A DNA stretch of 64,000 bases, taken from positions 171,913 to 235,912 of the forward strand of contig CAWAKE010000009.1 in assembly GCA_963782535.1 (NCBI GenBank). The letters run 5' to 3'. The notes beneath the pieces are model-generated. The model was not told the DNA's origin and searched no databases. It saw nothing but the letters and a program-made list of their open reading frames with translations. Positions 18,454 through 28,515 of the stretch are shown here, in pieces; within the stretch, counting starts at the first letter, position 1, and the number at the start of each line of letters is the position of its first letter. The position numbers were made by a program, and so were the translations under genes. Source of the DNA: an uncultured delta proteobacterium. Its GTDB lineage: Bacteria > Desulfobacterota > Binatia > Binatales > Binataceae.

Positions 18454-19995
18454 TTACATCAGCTCGATCTCGCCCGGACGCCAAGTCCCGTCGAACCACG
18501 GCTCCAAGGGACTATAGAGGCGGAAGAGCGTGTTCCAGCCCTTTCCGGGGATAGTCTGCACCCAGTTGGACTCCTTTCCAGCCGGTGCCTTCGGTCCGAA
18601 ATAAACGTCGACCGAACCGTCCGGATTCAGCTGAAGATCCTTGTCCTGACTGCTGACGCTGGGGAATCGGTTATCAGTCTGAATCATCGAGCGGGTCTGG
18701 TCGCTGTACAAGATTACGGACCAGAAGTTTTTGACCGGGATATTCGGCGGCAGGTGCAGCTTGTAGTTCTTGCCGCCGTCGAGCGCATCACCGTTCGCGT
18801 CCCTCGCCGCCCACGCATACTGCGAGCCTTCCCCAACCATCTTCTCTTCCATGGCCGGTGTGACACCGGTGGCCAAGAAGTAGTAGTAGGAATAGCCGTC
18901 GAGGTTCAAAACGCCCGGTTGCGACTGGAACCTGTAGCCGCCCACGAACGGCCGCTGCCAGTTGCTATTTTCGTAGTAGTAGCCATCCATCTGGCGCCAA
19001 TGGAAGGCTATCGTTCGCGCGGTCGCATCGCCTACGGCTGCCGCTTCCGTCAGGATCTTCTTCATTCGCTCGTCAGGATTGAACGGCTTGCCGTGTTCGA
19101 TGCCAATCGATGCGTAATAGCCCATCCTAATCTGGTCGAGCGATTCGGGCGGCTCTTCCTGAACCACCTGATCGAGCAGTTCCCAGAACGCATAGTCCGC
19201 AGGATTGACGATGCTGAAGGGCTTGCCCGAAAGATTAACGTACGTAAGCGTCGGGGCCGGCTTGTCCTTGTCAGCAAGCGGGTAGATTTTCGTGAATTTC
19301 TTGACCAGGTCGATTCCCGGCTTGGGGTTACCGTCCACCAGGAAACTGCGCCAAGGAATCCAGAGATTGTAGGTTGGCGACTGAACCACATGGTAGTCGT
19401 CGGGAACATCGCCCTTGTGGCCAGGCGGCAGAAGTAGGTACTTGCCGCCTTTGCCCTTGTCTGGCCCGGTGATGCCCACGTCAATCACCCAGCGGAACCA
19501 GATGTCGTTGATCCCACCCAATACTTTCGGCGGAACCTCGACCACCAGCGGGCCATCCTTGAGGTTAACCCAGCCCCAGCTGTAGACGGTGTTATCGTTG
19601 AAGGTCAGACCGACGGTCCGCGAGTCCACCAACTGCTCCCAGATCGGGATCGTCAGATTGGCTGGCCCCAGTTCCAGACACGCATTGCGGTCGAAGACTT
19701 GGCTAACGGCCGGGATTGCGAGCAGATACGCCTGTACCGCCCGCTGAAAGTCAAGATTGTCGAACACCTTACTGGCGCTGGCTTTGTCCGGGAATCCGTC
19801 GAAGAAGTTAAGCGTGCCGAACCTTGTCTCCACCTTGTCAGGCGCCGAGATACCCGTCGGCATCGGTGTGGAGAATTTCAAGTTGGGCTCGGCTGGCGAA
19901 CCGGTGAGCAATCCAGCAAACACAGGCCCGGGCGTTGCCGCAGCCGCTATTGCGGCGAGGGCGGTTCTTTTAAGGAATTCTCGTTTTGTCAACAT
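18454..19995 (-). CDS. Secreted DUF1254/DUF1214-type protein with a twin-arginine (Tat) signal
   Basis: MLTKREFLKRTALAAIAAAA Tat motif. ~55% identical paralogue of the 43790-45316 product, sharing blocks such as NLDFQRAVQAYLLA and RFWSVIxYDTQTRSM. Confidence 0.5.
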   Translation of the reverse strand: MLTKREFLKRTALAAIAAAATPGPVFAGLLTGSPAEPNLKFSTPMPTGISAPDKVETRFGTLNFFDGFPDKASASKVFDNLDFQRAVQAYLLAIPAVSQVFDRNACLELGPANLTIPIWEQLVDSRTVGLTFNDNTVYSWGWVNLKDGPLVVEVPPKVLGGINDIWFRWVIDVGITGPDKGKGGKYLLLPPGHKGDVPDDYHVVQSPTYNLWIPWRSFLVDGNPKPGIDLVKKFTKIYPLADKDKPAPTLTYVNLSGKPFSIVNPADYAFWELLDQVVQEEPPESLDQIRMGYYASIGIEHGKPFNPDERMKKILTEAAAVGDATARTIAFHWRQMDGYYYENSNWQRPFVGGYRFQSQPGVLNLDGYSYYYFLATGVTPAMEEKMVGEGSQYAWAARDANGDALDGGKNYKLHLPPNIPVKNFWSVILYSDQTRSMIQTDNRFPSVSSQDKDLQLNPDGSVDVYFGPKAPAGKESNWVQTIPGKGWNTLFRLYSPLEPWFDGTWRPGEIELM

Positions 19996-20280
19996 CGTTC
20001 CGTGCTCCTCATGAGGTCGTCCAGTCACTTGGCTAAAAGAGGCTACCCGACGCCAAGGATTGATCAAGCGCCTTGATCCGACATCCGCCAGATGAACGCC
20101 AGTTCCAAGCGTCAGAGTGGCCATTTCGGCACCCTGCGACAATCTGGATGACGATAGCAGCCGGCCGATGCTGCCACGGGCGTCATGCGTGGTCCTCTCC
20201 GGCCGCTGACGGCTCTGTTTTCCTCTAGCAAGACGGACCTCTCTCTTCGTTTTGCCGGTACGCCATGGCAACCGAGCCGC

Positions 20281-20805
20281 TCACCCCGGCACAGGATCAG
20301 ACGGCGGCCGGAGTTCGGCGATCAGCCGCAGGGTCTCGGCGAACAGCACCCTCGTCACGGCGACCTCGGCCGTATGGAATGCGACGTAGCAGCCGTGGCT
20401 GATGAGTTTGGCGCCGACCTTGATCAGCTTCTCCTTGAGGCTGGTCAGCGACCAGACGCTGATCGGCTCGGGTGTCGCCAGCGTGCGGAGGAAATTACGG
20501 AGATTGTAGGCGAGCGCATGAAGCTGAAGCCGGACGGCGTTGGCGGCGAAAGTCCGGCATGACAGCCGCGTCCACTTGATCGCGCCCCTGCCTTCCTTGA
20601 TGTACTGCTCGCACGTGCCGCGCTGATTATAGAAGGCGACCACCCGCTCGGCCGGGCGCGACAGGTTGGTGACGATGAAGCCGACGCGCGGAATAAGCTC
20701 ACCTGGATGCCACTCCACCTTGGCGATGACCCGGCGGGGCTTGGTCCAGCTTCGAAGCGCTCGCCGCCGCCACTGCCGCGCGCTCGCCAAATTGAGCGGC
20801 GACAT
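20281..20805 (-). pseudogene. C-terminal fragment of an IS1380/IS4-like DDE transposase
   Basis: …FYNQRGTCEQYIKEGRGAIKWTRLSCRTFAANAVRLQLHALAYNLRNFL… characteristic C-terminal motif; the N-terminal catalytic region is missing. Confidence 0.55.
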
Positions 20806-20878
20806 CGCGGTGGCAATCCGGGCAGAATGCGAGGATAAGAGCGGGGATACGTGGTAGTTCGAAGCCCGCGACTATCCG

Positions 20879-21670
20879 ATGGAGGACAGCGTCTTGGAAA
20901 AATTGCGGGAAGCTCTTCGCCGTCATCTAGCGCCGCGCAGACACACGGCTCTGTTAATCGCGCTCGTGGCGCTGTTCATGGTGCGGCCATTGATCGGCGA
21001 GGACATCGACGCCACCGCCGCGTACAGCATCCTGAGTTTGCTGCTGCTCCTTTTCGCGCTGTATGCGATCCAGGTCGACGAACTGGTCGGCGAGCGCGAG
21101 GCTCTTGTGAAGGAGCGAAGAAGACGCGGCAGGATCGGCTGGGCGCTCGCAGTGCCCGCGGCCGCGGAACGCTTAGCCATGATCCTCAAGCCCAACCCCG
21201 CACTGTATCTGGCCGGTGCGATTATATGGCTGCTACTCTTCGTCTTTATCACCTGGCAACTATTGCGTGGCGTGTTGAAACAAAAGGATATCACCAGCGA
21301 AACCATCAGCATGGCCATTTCGGTCTATCTGCTGCTGGGATTCACCTGGGGACTTTTCTATATCCTGCTGCAGAGCGTGCAACCGCTCGCCTTTAACCTC
21401 GGTAGCTCTCTTACTCCAACTTCGGCTAATCGCGAGATCCTCCCAACGCTCTTCTACTTCAGCATGACCACGCTCTCGACCGTCGGCTTCGGCGACATCA
21501 CCCCGGTAAGTCTCCAGGCCCGTTACGCGGCCGTCGCCGAGGGCATCACAGGCCAGTTTTACCTGGCGATCCTGATCGCGCGGCTGGTGGGAATGCAGAT
21601 GAGCGGATCGGCAAGTCAGCAGGTAGGACGCCAGTCGGCTTCCGAGCCCGGAAGCCCGCTCAGAGATTAG
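20879..21670 (+). CDS. Two-TM potassium-channel family protein
   Basis: Selectivity-filter-like TTLSTVGFGDITP between TM helices. Confidence 0.65.
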   Translation: MEDSVLEKLREALRRHLAPRRHTALLIALVALFMVRPLIGEDIDATAAYSILSLLLLLFALYAIQVDELVGEREALVKERRRRGRIGWALAVPAAAERLAMILKPNPALYLAGAIIWLLLFVFITWQLLRGVLKQKDITSETISMAISVYLLLGFTWGLFYILLQSVQPLAFNLGSSLTPTSANREILPTLFYFSMTTLSTVGFGDITPVSLQARYAAVAEGITGQFYLAILIARLVGMQMSGSASQQVGRQSASEPGSPLRD

Positions 21671-21739
21671 GGCTTAGACAAGAGCTCGTGGTTGCAACTC
21701 GATCCATTTCGAGCACCCTCATCAGGCGTTTCTGTTCCG

Positions 21740-21830
21740 GCACATCGCAAGGCATCGATTCCCTTCGTAGGTCGAGAGACCGTTGTCTCTACTGAAAATT
21801 CTGAAAGTGTCGAAAAGTCTAGAGTTTTGG
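21740..21830. repeat. ~90-bp repeat, copy 1. It is related in inverted orientation to 38822-38960
   Basis: GTCTCTACTGAAAATTCTGAAAGTGTCGAAAAG…GTCGCCGTAGTGTCGCC matches the reverse complement of CTTTTCAACACTTTCGGTGTTTTCAGTAGAGAC…. Confidence 0.5.
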
Positions 21831-22117
21831 GAAGGGTCGCCGTAGTGTCGCCGACATGCTTAATCATGTGCATTCCATCGTCGCCGCTATCCTCCGCCGG
21901 TTCCGTAGTCGGGCCGTTCATGAAGATGAATGCAGACCACTACCGCGGATCTTGATTGCAACCCATAATGAGCGCTATCGACTATTTTATTGACAGACGA
22001 GGTCTCGTAGGATGTCCACGCGAATTTCTAACGGCGCTCACATCTATGGAACCTCTGCACAAGTGTATCGGTTTGGTATAAATCGTAAGTGGGAGCGGCA
22101 GGAGTGGAGGAGGGGGG

Positions 22118-22440
22118 ATGGGGAATCAGCGGACGTTCGCATCGATGGCATGGAATGGGAAGGGCAAAGTTACCCGGCGCGAGCGATTCCTGGGCGAGAT
22201 GGATGGGGTGATTCCCTGGCCGCAGCTGGTCAGACTGATCGAGCCGCACTACCCCAAAGCCGGACGAGGACGGCAGCCGCTGGGACTGGAGAAGATGCTA
22301 CGGATTTACTTCCTGCAGCAGTGGTTCAACCTGTCGGACCCGCAGGCCGAAGACGCGATCTATGACAGCGAGTCGATGCGGCGCTTTGCACGGGTCGAGT
22401 TGGGCGACGAGGTGGTGCCGGACGAGAGCACGATTTTGGG
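22118..22440 (+). pseudogene. IS5-family transposase N-terminal fragment, cut by IS6 insertion
   Basis: …PLGLEKMLRIYFLQQWFNLSDPQAEDAIYDS… (IS5 InsH-type N-terminus). It ends at the IS6 inverted repeat. Confidence 0.65.
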
Positions 22441-23266
22441 AAGTGTTGCAACTTTTAAAGGGTGACGGAGGAAGCTCCGAGAGGAACTGGTCGGTGAGGT
22501 CTCAGGCAGCCAGATCGAACAGCTGGTCGATGAACTGATTCTATTGGCGGACATCATCGCTGACCCGCCGCGCCTGCCCCTTGCGGATCATGTGTATCGC
22601 CTCGTATCCAGCGATTGTTTGCCGCGCCGCTCGAAACTCACGAAAGCTCTGCTTGGCCTTCACTCGCCGTTTGATCGCTCGATGATCCTGCTCCAGGATG
22701 TGGTTCAAATATTGCGCCGGTCGATGGCGGCAACGGCGGCGCAGGGCTCCTTCTTCTTTCACTGCGGCAATCACCGACCAGTACAGACTGGCTTTATCGG
22801 TGTTGATGACCCAAGGCTGCGGATGCGATGGATCGCTGAGAGCCATACGGAACAGGGGTTCGGCCGCCGCGGCATCGCGCAGCGCCGAGAGCAGGAAGTC
22901 GATAGTGGCACCGGTGGAATTGATGGCGCGGTACAGGTAACACCAACTGCCCTGGACTCGAATATATGTCTCATCAACGCGCCAGGACTTGTTCGTCGGC
23001 TTAAGATGACGGCGCAACCGTTGTTCCAATTCGGGACCGTAACGTTGCACCCAACGCCAGATGGTCGTGTGATCCGCCTCCAGACCGCGCTCGGCGAACA
23101 ACTCTTCGACATCGCGCAGCGAGAGCGAGTAGCGAAGATACCAGCGAACCGCACAAAGAATCAGCTCCGGCGCCGTCTGCCGCCACTTGAAGATTGCCGG
23201 TCGAATTGCGTGCTTCACGATCTTCTCAGCCTACCAGCCAACCCCGCCAAACTTGCAACACATCCG
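22440..23266 (-). mobile_element. IS6-family (IS26-like) insertion sequence, copy A
   Basis: Terminal inverted repeats GGGAAGTGTTGCAAC… (22443) and …GTTGCAACACATCCG (23243-23266); a single transposase ORF. Confidence 0.8.
22541..23218 (-). CDS. IS6-family transposase
   Basis: MKHAIRPAIFKWRQTAPELILCAVRWYLRYSLSLRDVEEL…. Confidence 0.85.
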   Translation of the reverse strand: MKHAIRPAIFKWRQTAPELILCAVRWYLRYSLSLRDVEELFAERGLEADHTTIWRWVQRYGPELEQRLRRHLKPTNKSWRVDETYIRVQGSWCYLYRAINSTGATIDFLLSALRDAAAAEPLFRMALSDPSHPQPWVINTDKASLYWSVIAAVKEEGALRRRCRHRPAQYLNHILEQDHRAIKRRVKAKQSFREFRAARQTIAGYEAIHMIRKGQARRVSDDVRQ

Positions 23267-23523
23267 TGAAACCTGCTGGGCCATGGCGTTATCCTCCGGC
23301 ATCCGCCTCTCGGCGGGTGTGAGTCGTGCCTAAACTCACCGGATCTTGAGGCTTGTCAGCTTTTTCCACCACTTTCACAACAAAACCATGAGCACATATC
23401 GGCCCGAGGCACGTTCAGATTGCGACCTTGACTGCAGCAAAAGCGCCGATCATTATGGCCTCGCTTAACAAATCGCAATTCCGCTAATTCGCGGATATTT
23501 TTTCGTCATTTGGAGAAAGTCTG

Positions 23524-25164
23524 GTGAAAGGTGTGAGAAGCGTGAGGTGGGGAGTCTTCGCGGTCCTTTTGGCGATCGGTTGCGCCGCCTGCGGCGGCTC
23601 GAGCTCCTCAGGTGGTTCGTCTGGGGGCGCTAAGACGTCAGCTACATTCAAACCAGGACCATGTCCTGCCGACCAGGCAGACGAATTGGCGAAATTAAAC
23701 GCGAGCTGCTGGACGCTTACGGCTCCCGAGAATCGCAGCAACCCGAAAGAAGGGCAGGTTCAACTGCCGGTCGCGATAATTCCTTCGCAGGCCCAGCCGG
23801 CGCAGCCGGATCCCATCGTCTATATGGCGGGCGGCCCGGGACAAAACGCGCTCTCTCAGGCAGGGATTCTCACCAGCCTGGGGCTTAACAAAAACCGCGA
23901 CGTGATCATCATGAATCAGCGCGGAGTAGTGGATACCGTACCGCTGCTGACCTGTCCCGAGATTGACCAGTTCTACGCAGAGGCGGTTGGGATGCCCTAT
24001 GACTCCCCCGCTACCGGAACCGCACACGTGGCGGCAGTCAAAGCGTGCCACGATCGTCTCATAGCTCAGGGCGTCAATCTCGCTAACTTCAACACTACCG
24101 AGAACGAGGCCGACTTCGCAGACCTGCGCAAGGCATTGCACATCAAGGAATGGAACATCTACGGATTGTCTTACGGTACCGATCTCGCGCTCTTCGAGAT
24201 GCGCGATCATCCGCAGGGCATCCGTAGCGTGATTATCGATGCGATCGTACCGCCGAGCGCTGCAAGTCTGGGATGGACCTGGACCAACTACAACGAAGCA
24301 ATCAACAATATCTTTCGCGCCTGCGCCAATCAGCCCGCTTGCGCGAGCACGTACGGCGATCTGAGCCAGGTCGTCGCCTCGCAGGTCCAGCAACTGGAGG
24401 CCAACCCCGCAACACTCACGGTCCATCAGGATTTCGGCGACGTGGACGTGGTGATCGATGGAGGAGCACTGATCAATTGGCTGGGGAGTTTCCCCGATCC
24501 CGCCGTCGAGATTCCCGATATCCCGTTGGCAATCCAGCAATTGCTGGACGGCGCGCCAACCGAGATCGCCCAGTCACGCGCTTTTGCCGCGAACCCCGCG
24601 GGATTCGGCGCCGTAGGCTACGGCCTCATGTATGGCGTGATCTGTAGCGAGTGGGTGCCCTTTGAGCCGCAATCTCAAATTCTTACGCAGGGGCTTTTGG
24701 CTTTTCCAACCTATCCGCAATCGGTCCTGTCGCTGGCTCCCGGTCTTCCTTTCATGAACGAAGATTGCGCAGTCTGGAACGTTCCGGCCGCGTCCGGATC
24801 TGTACGCCAAGTCACGGTGAGCAGCATTCCGACCTTGGTCATGGCCAGTAGTTTCGATGGCAAGACGGCACCGCAATGGGCGATCTACGTAGCCGGTACG
24901 CTGCGGAACTCAATTACGACAGTTTTCCCCGGCCTTGGGCACGGCGCGCTCTTCGCGGTCGGACTGCCGGACGACTCGCCCGCAAAACCATGTGCACAGA
25001 GCGTGGTGGCGTCGTTTTTTGCCAACCCGGCGGCGCCGGACACCAGTTGCGTCGCATCGCTGACCCCGTATCCGTTTAACACCAGCGCGACCCCTTCGGC
25101 GCCGGATCAATTGGAGTCGGAACTGGAACAGAACGATCCGGGCTACTTCCACGAACCGTTCTAG
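23524..25164 (+). CDS. Secreted alpha/beta-hydrolase lipoprotein of the TAP-like (tripeptidyl aminopeptidase/S33) type
   Basis: Lipobox LLAIGCAACGG, a Gly/Ser linker and the nucleophile elbow GLSYGTDLA. Tandem paralogue of the next gene. Confidence 0.55.
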   Translation: MKGVRSVRWGVFAVLLAIGCAACGGSSSSGGSSGGAKTSATFKPGPCPADQADELAKLNASCWTLTAPENRSNPKEGQVQLPVAIIPSQAQPAQPDPIVYMAGGPGQNALSQAGILTSLGLNKNRDVIIMNQRGVVDTVPLLTCPEIDQFYAEAVGMPYDSPATGTAHVAAVKACHDRLIAQGVNLANFNTTENEADFADLRKALHIKEWNIYGLSYGTDLALFEMRDHPQGIRSVIIDAIVPPSAASLGWTWTNYNEAINNIFRACANQPACASTYGDLSQVVASQVQQLEANPATLTVHQDFGDVDVVIDGGALINWLGSFPDPAVEIPDIPLAIQQLLDGAPTEIAQSRAFAANPAGFGAVGYGLMYGVICSEWVPFEPQSQILTQGLLAFPTYPQSVLSLAPGLPFMNEDCAVWNVPAASGSVRQVTVSSIPTLVMASSFDGKTAPQWAIYVAGTLRNSITTVFPGLGHGALFAVGLPDDSPAKPCAQSVVASFFANPAAPDTSCVASLTPYPFNTSATPSAPDQLESELEQNDPGYFHEPF

Positions 25165-25180
25165 GCGCGACGAATCCAAG

Positions 25181-26728
25181 GTGACAATCGATATGATTAG
25201 TTCCTGGCGAGTGGCGTTGACGATGCGCATCGTCCTGCTCGCAGTTATTCTTGCGACGGTGCTCGCGGCATGCGGAGGATCTTCAGGCAGCGGTTCATTG
25301 CCGGGAGTCGCCTTGGCCAGATTGGAGCCCGGCCCCTGCCCCTCGCGCGTGGCTTCATCTCCAGCCTTCGCCAATGCGAAATGCGGACAATTGATTGTAC
25401 CGGAGAATCGTCACAAGCCGAACGGAAAAACCATCAGCATTTCGGTCGCGGTCATTCCTTCGATTACCCAGCCGCCACAGCACCCGCCTCTTTTCTACAT
25501 AACAGGCGGTCCCGGCGGCGACGCGATGGGAGACATAGAATTTCTTGTGCCAACATTGAACCAGACCCAGGATCTCGTCGTCTCAGCCCAGCGTGGAACC
25601 CTAGACGCCACCCCGGCTCTCCTGTGCCCCGAAATCGACGCATTCAACGCCGAGGCGGTAAGCCTTGTCTATGATGCGCCATCGACCGGGGCGCTGCACG
25701 TCGCAGCAACCAAGGCATGTCACGATCGCTTGGTCTCCGAGGGCGTGGATCTCAGCGCCTACAACACGTTCGAGAACATCGCAGACTTCATGGATTTGCG
25801 CAGGCTTCTGAAAATCCACAAGTGGAGCATCTTCGGAACTTCTTACGGTACCTATGTTGCACTCACGCTGATGCGCATACATCCGGAGAATCTGGTGACG
25901 GTTACGATCGACTCTATCTCGCCTCCCAGCGTGTCAAGCCCCGGATGGACCTGGAGCAGCGCCGCCGAAGGCTTCAACAATCTGTTTGACGCCTGCGCCG
26001 CTCAGCCTTCCTGCGCCGCGAAGTATGGAGACGTGAGGAGCAAGTTCACCAGCGAGGTCCAGCAGCTCGAATCCAACCCGCTGACGACCACGAGCACGTA
26101 CACGCCGGGTGGTCCGCCGGTCAAAGTCGTGCTCGACGGCAGCGCGCTCGTGAACTGGCTGGTGTCAGGCGGCCGCTCACTTTTCGCGGCGGTACCTTCG
26201 GCGATCCAGGAGCTGGTCAACGCCAACCCGGTCCAGATTGCCGCCAACCGCGCCGCAATCGCAAACCCCGCGACGGAAAGCACCCAGGGTTACGGCTTTA
26301 CCTATGGGGTGTTTTGCAGCGAATGGATCCCGTTCGAGCCGCAATCAGATATATTGGCAAAGGGTTTGATCGCGTTTCCTGACTATCCGGACTCGGTTCT
26401 TTCGCAGGCGCCGCAACTGCCGTTCGTAAATGAAGACTGCGCGGTCTGGGACGTTCCCAAGGCGCCCGACTCCATCAGGAATGCCACCATAAGTAGCATC
26501 CCGACGCTGGTGATAGCCGGCACATTCGACGCCAAAACCTCACCGATGTGGGCGACATACGTTGCTAAAACTCTGTCCAACTCGACCACCATCATCATTC
26601 CGGGTATCGGCCATCTCGTCACGGCGCAGTCCCCCTGTGCCCAGACCGTGTTCCAGTCTTTTCTCGACAATCCTTTCTCCCCGGATACGAGCTGCGTGGA
26701 AGGGTTGAAACCGCCGCCGTTCAACTAA
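25181..26728 (+). CDS. Secreted alpha/beta-hydrolase lipoprotein of the TAP-like type (paralogue)
   Basis: Lipobox LAACGGSSGSG and GTSYGTYVA, collinear with the 23524-25164 product. Confidence 0.55.
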   Translation: MTIDMISSWRVALTMRIVLLAVILATVLAACGGSSGSGSLPGVALARLEPGPCPSRVASSPAFANAKCGQLIVPENRHKPNGKTISISVAVIPSITQPPQHPPLFYITGGPGGDAMGDIEFLVPTLNQTQDLVVSAQRGTLDATPALLCPEIDAFNAEAVSLVYDAPSTGALHVAATKACHDRLVSEGVDLSAYNTFENIADFMDLRRLLKIHKWSIFGTSYGTYVALTLMRIHPENLVTVTIDSISPPSVSSPGWTWSSAAEGFNNLFDACAAQPSCAAKYGDVRSKFTSEVQQLESNPLTTTSTYTPGGPPVKVVLDGSALVNWLVSGGRSLFAAVPSAIQELVNANPVQIAANRAAIANPATESTQGYGFTYGVFCSEWIPFEPQSDILAKGLIAFPDYPDSVLSQAPQLPFVNEDCAVWDVPKAPDSIRNATISSIPTLVIAGTFDAKTSPMWATYVAKTLSNSTTIIIPGIGHLVTAQSPCAQTVFQSFLDNPFSPDTSCVEGLKPPPFN

Positions 26729-27166
26729 TCCGTCACGATCGCTCTGCGCGGACGTTCCTTTGTGCTCCGCAAAATTATTCGCGGGCGACGCGCGAACCAC
26801 GAAAATGATCTCGTGTCCGTGTTAGGGTGAGGCGTGCTACACCGTGCGGTTGTGCCAAGTACTACTCCTCCGGTCCACGGTCTGACGTCGCCTCATCGTC
26901 AACCCAGGCCTCCTCGGTGTAGGTCATTCCTCGGCGACCAGGAACCGTACGCGCGGGTCCAGCTTGGTAGAGCCGGCAAAAAAGAGGACCGTAACAGAAG
27001 GTCTCGGTTCGATAGCGGTGGCGTGCCCCCCGACCCCCCCAGCGAAATGCCGTAGAGTTCATCACCACTGACCTGCCCCGCGAAACTAGAACAAGCGAAG
27101 GTAGAGAATTCGGCCTGGCGCAGTCGTTTTGGCCGGTTCGGCCGGCGTTTTGTGACCTCAACAGAC

Positions 27167-28141
27167 TCAAGTTACGACCTCAAGCAAAGCGCTCGTCTGG
27201 TCTTCGTTTAAGAGCTTTTCGGGCCCGCCCTTTGCGTCTGCTGAGGGCGGACCGAAAAGCTGTTGTTTCGGATCCGCAGCCGGCGCGTTATGCGCCGCGC
27301 CGGCCGCCTCTGGCGGCCCAGCGGTGCACGCAGCGGCTGCGCTCCCTGCTCTCCACCGCTTTACGAAGTCATCGGGCGCGTGGTCATTGAGCGCACTGTG
27401 CGGCCGCACTTGGTTGTAGTCCTGCCGCCACTGCTGGAGTTTCTCACGAACGTCCGCCAGCGCAAAGAATACTTCCACATTCAAACACTCATCCCGCAGC
27501 CGACCGTTGAAGGACTCGATATAGCCATTTTCCACCGGCCGCCCTGGACGGATAAAGTCCAGGTCGACGCGATACTGATAAGCCCAAGCCTCCATCGCCT
27601 TGCTGACGAATTCGCTGCCGTTGTCGACCGTAATCGAGACCGGCGCCTCGCGCTCAGCGACGACCTGGGATAGTGCCAGTGCCACCTTATGCCCGGTCAG
27701 CGAGCTATCCGCCAGTCGCAGCAGGCATTCGCGGGTGAACTGATCGACCACCGTCAGCACGCGAAACCAGCGCCCATCAAGCAAGCGGGCAGCGACAAAA
27801 TCCATCGACCACTTTTGGTTCGGCCGGGTTGCCTTAACCAGCGGGACCCGCATGCGCCGCGCGATCTTCCTGCGCACCTTGGTCCGCACCGCCAGGCCGT
27901 CCTCAGAATACAGTCGATAAATGCGCTTGGCGTTGACCTTCCAGCCCTCACGCCTGAGCATCACCGTTAAACGCCGGTAGCCGAAACGGACCCGGCTTGC
28001 CGCCAATTCCCGTAGTCGCATCCTCAGGGCCGTCTGCGCATCCCGCCGACCCCGATAACGTAACGTTGCCAGTTGGATCGGCAACAGCCTCGACACCCTG
28101 CGCTCGCTCATCTCGAACACCGCTTGCGCCCAGCGCCCCAA
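27167..28141 (-). CDS. IS3-family transposase orfB
   Basis: …ITVDNGSEFVS…YNQVRPHSALN…. Confidence 0.85.
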   Translation of the reverse strand: MGRWAQAVFEMSERRVSRLLPIQLATLRYRGRRDAQTALRMRLRELAASRVRFGYRRLTVMLRREGWKVNAKRIYRLYSEDGLAVRTKVRRKIARRMRVPLVKATRPNQKWSMDFVAARLLDGRWFRVLTVVDQFTRECLLRLADSSLTGHKVALALSQVVAEREAPVSITVDNGSEFVSKAMEAWAYQYRVDLDFIRPGRPVENGYIESFNGRLRDECLNVEVFFALADVREKLQQWRQDYNQVRPHSALNDHAPDDFVKRWRAGSAAAACTAGPPEAAGAAHNAPAADPKQQLFGPPSADAKGGPEKLLNEDQTSALLEVVT

Positions 28142-28161
28142 CTCGCGCCGATGCCGAGGCC

Positions 28162-28464
28162 TTACAGCTTTTTTCGCACTATCTCCTGCAGCACGTGCCG
28201 ATCCAGCGAAAGGTCCGCCACCAGCCGTTTGAGTTTGCCGTTCTCCTCGCGCAACTGGCGCAGCTCGCGCAACTCGCTCAGCGCCAGCCCGGCGTACTTC
28301 TTCTTCCAGACGTAAAATGTCGCCTCGCTGATCCCGTGCTCGCGGCAGATGTCGGCGACCTTCTCACCGCCTTCCGCCTGATGCAGCGCCCGCAAGATCT
28401 TCTCCTCGCTATGTCCCTTCTTCGGCACCTTCGTGGCCTCCCTTCTGGCTCCCCAGAGGACCAC
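28162..28464 (-). CDS. IS3-family transposase orfA
   Basis: …ADICREHGISEATFYVWKKKYAG… with a leucine zipper. Confidence 0.85.
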   Translation of the reverse strand: MVLWGARREATKVPKKGHSEEKILRALHQAEGGEKVADICREHGISEATFYVWKKKYAGLALSELRELRQLREENGKLKRLVADLSLDRHVLQEIVRKKL

Positions 28465-28515
28465 GCCCGCCGCCCTTCTCTCAACTTATCGCTGTCCTAG
28501 TTTTCGGGTTTTGGG

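Noticed and set aside
17963-18517. 184-aa ORF spanning the tRNA-like fragment
   Set aside because: Runs through a tRNA-like sequence and non-coding-looking DNA; no coding signal
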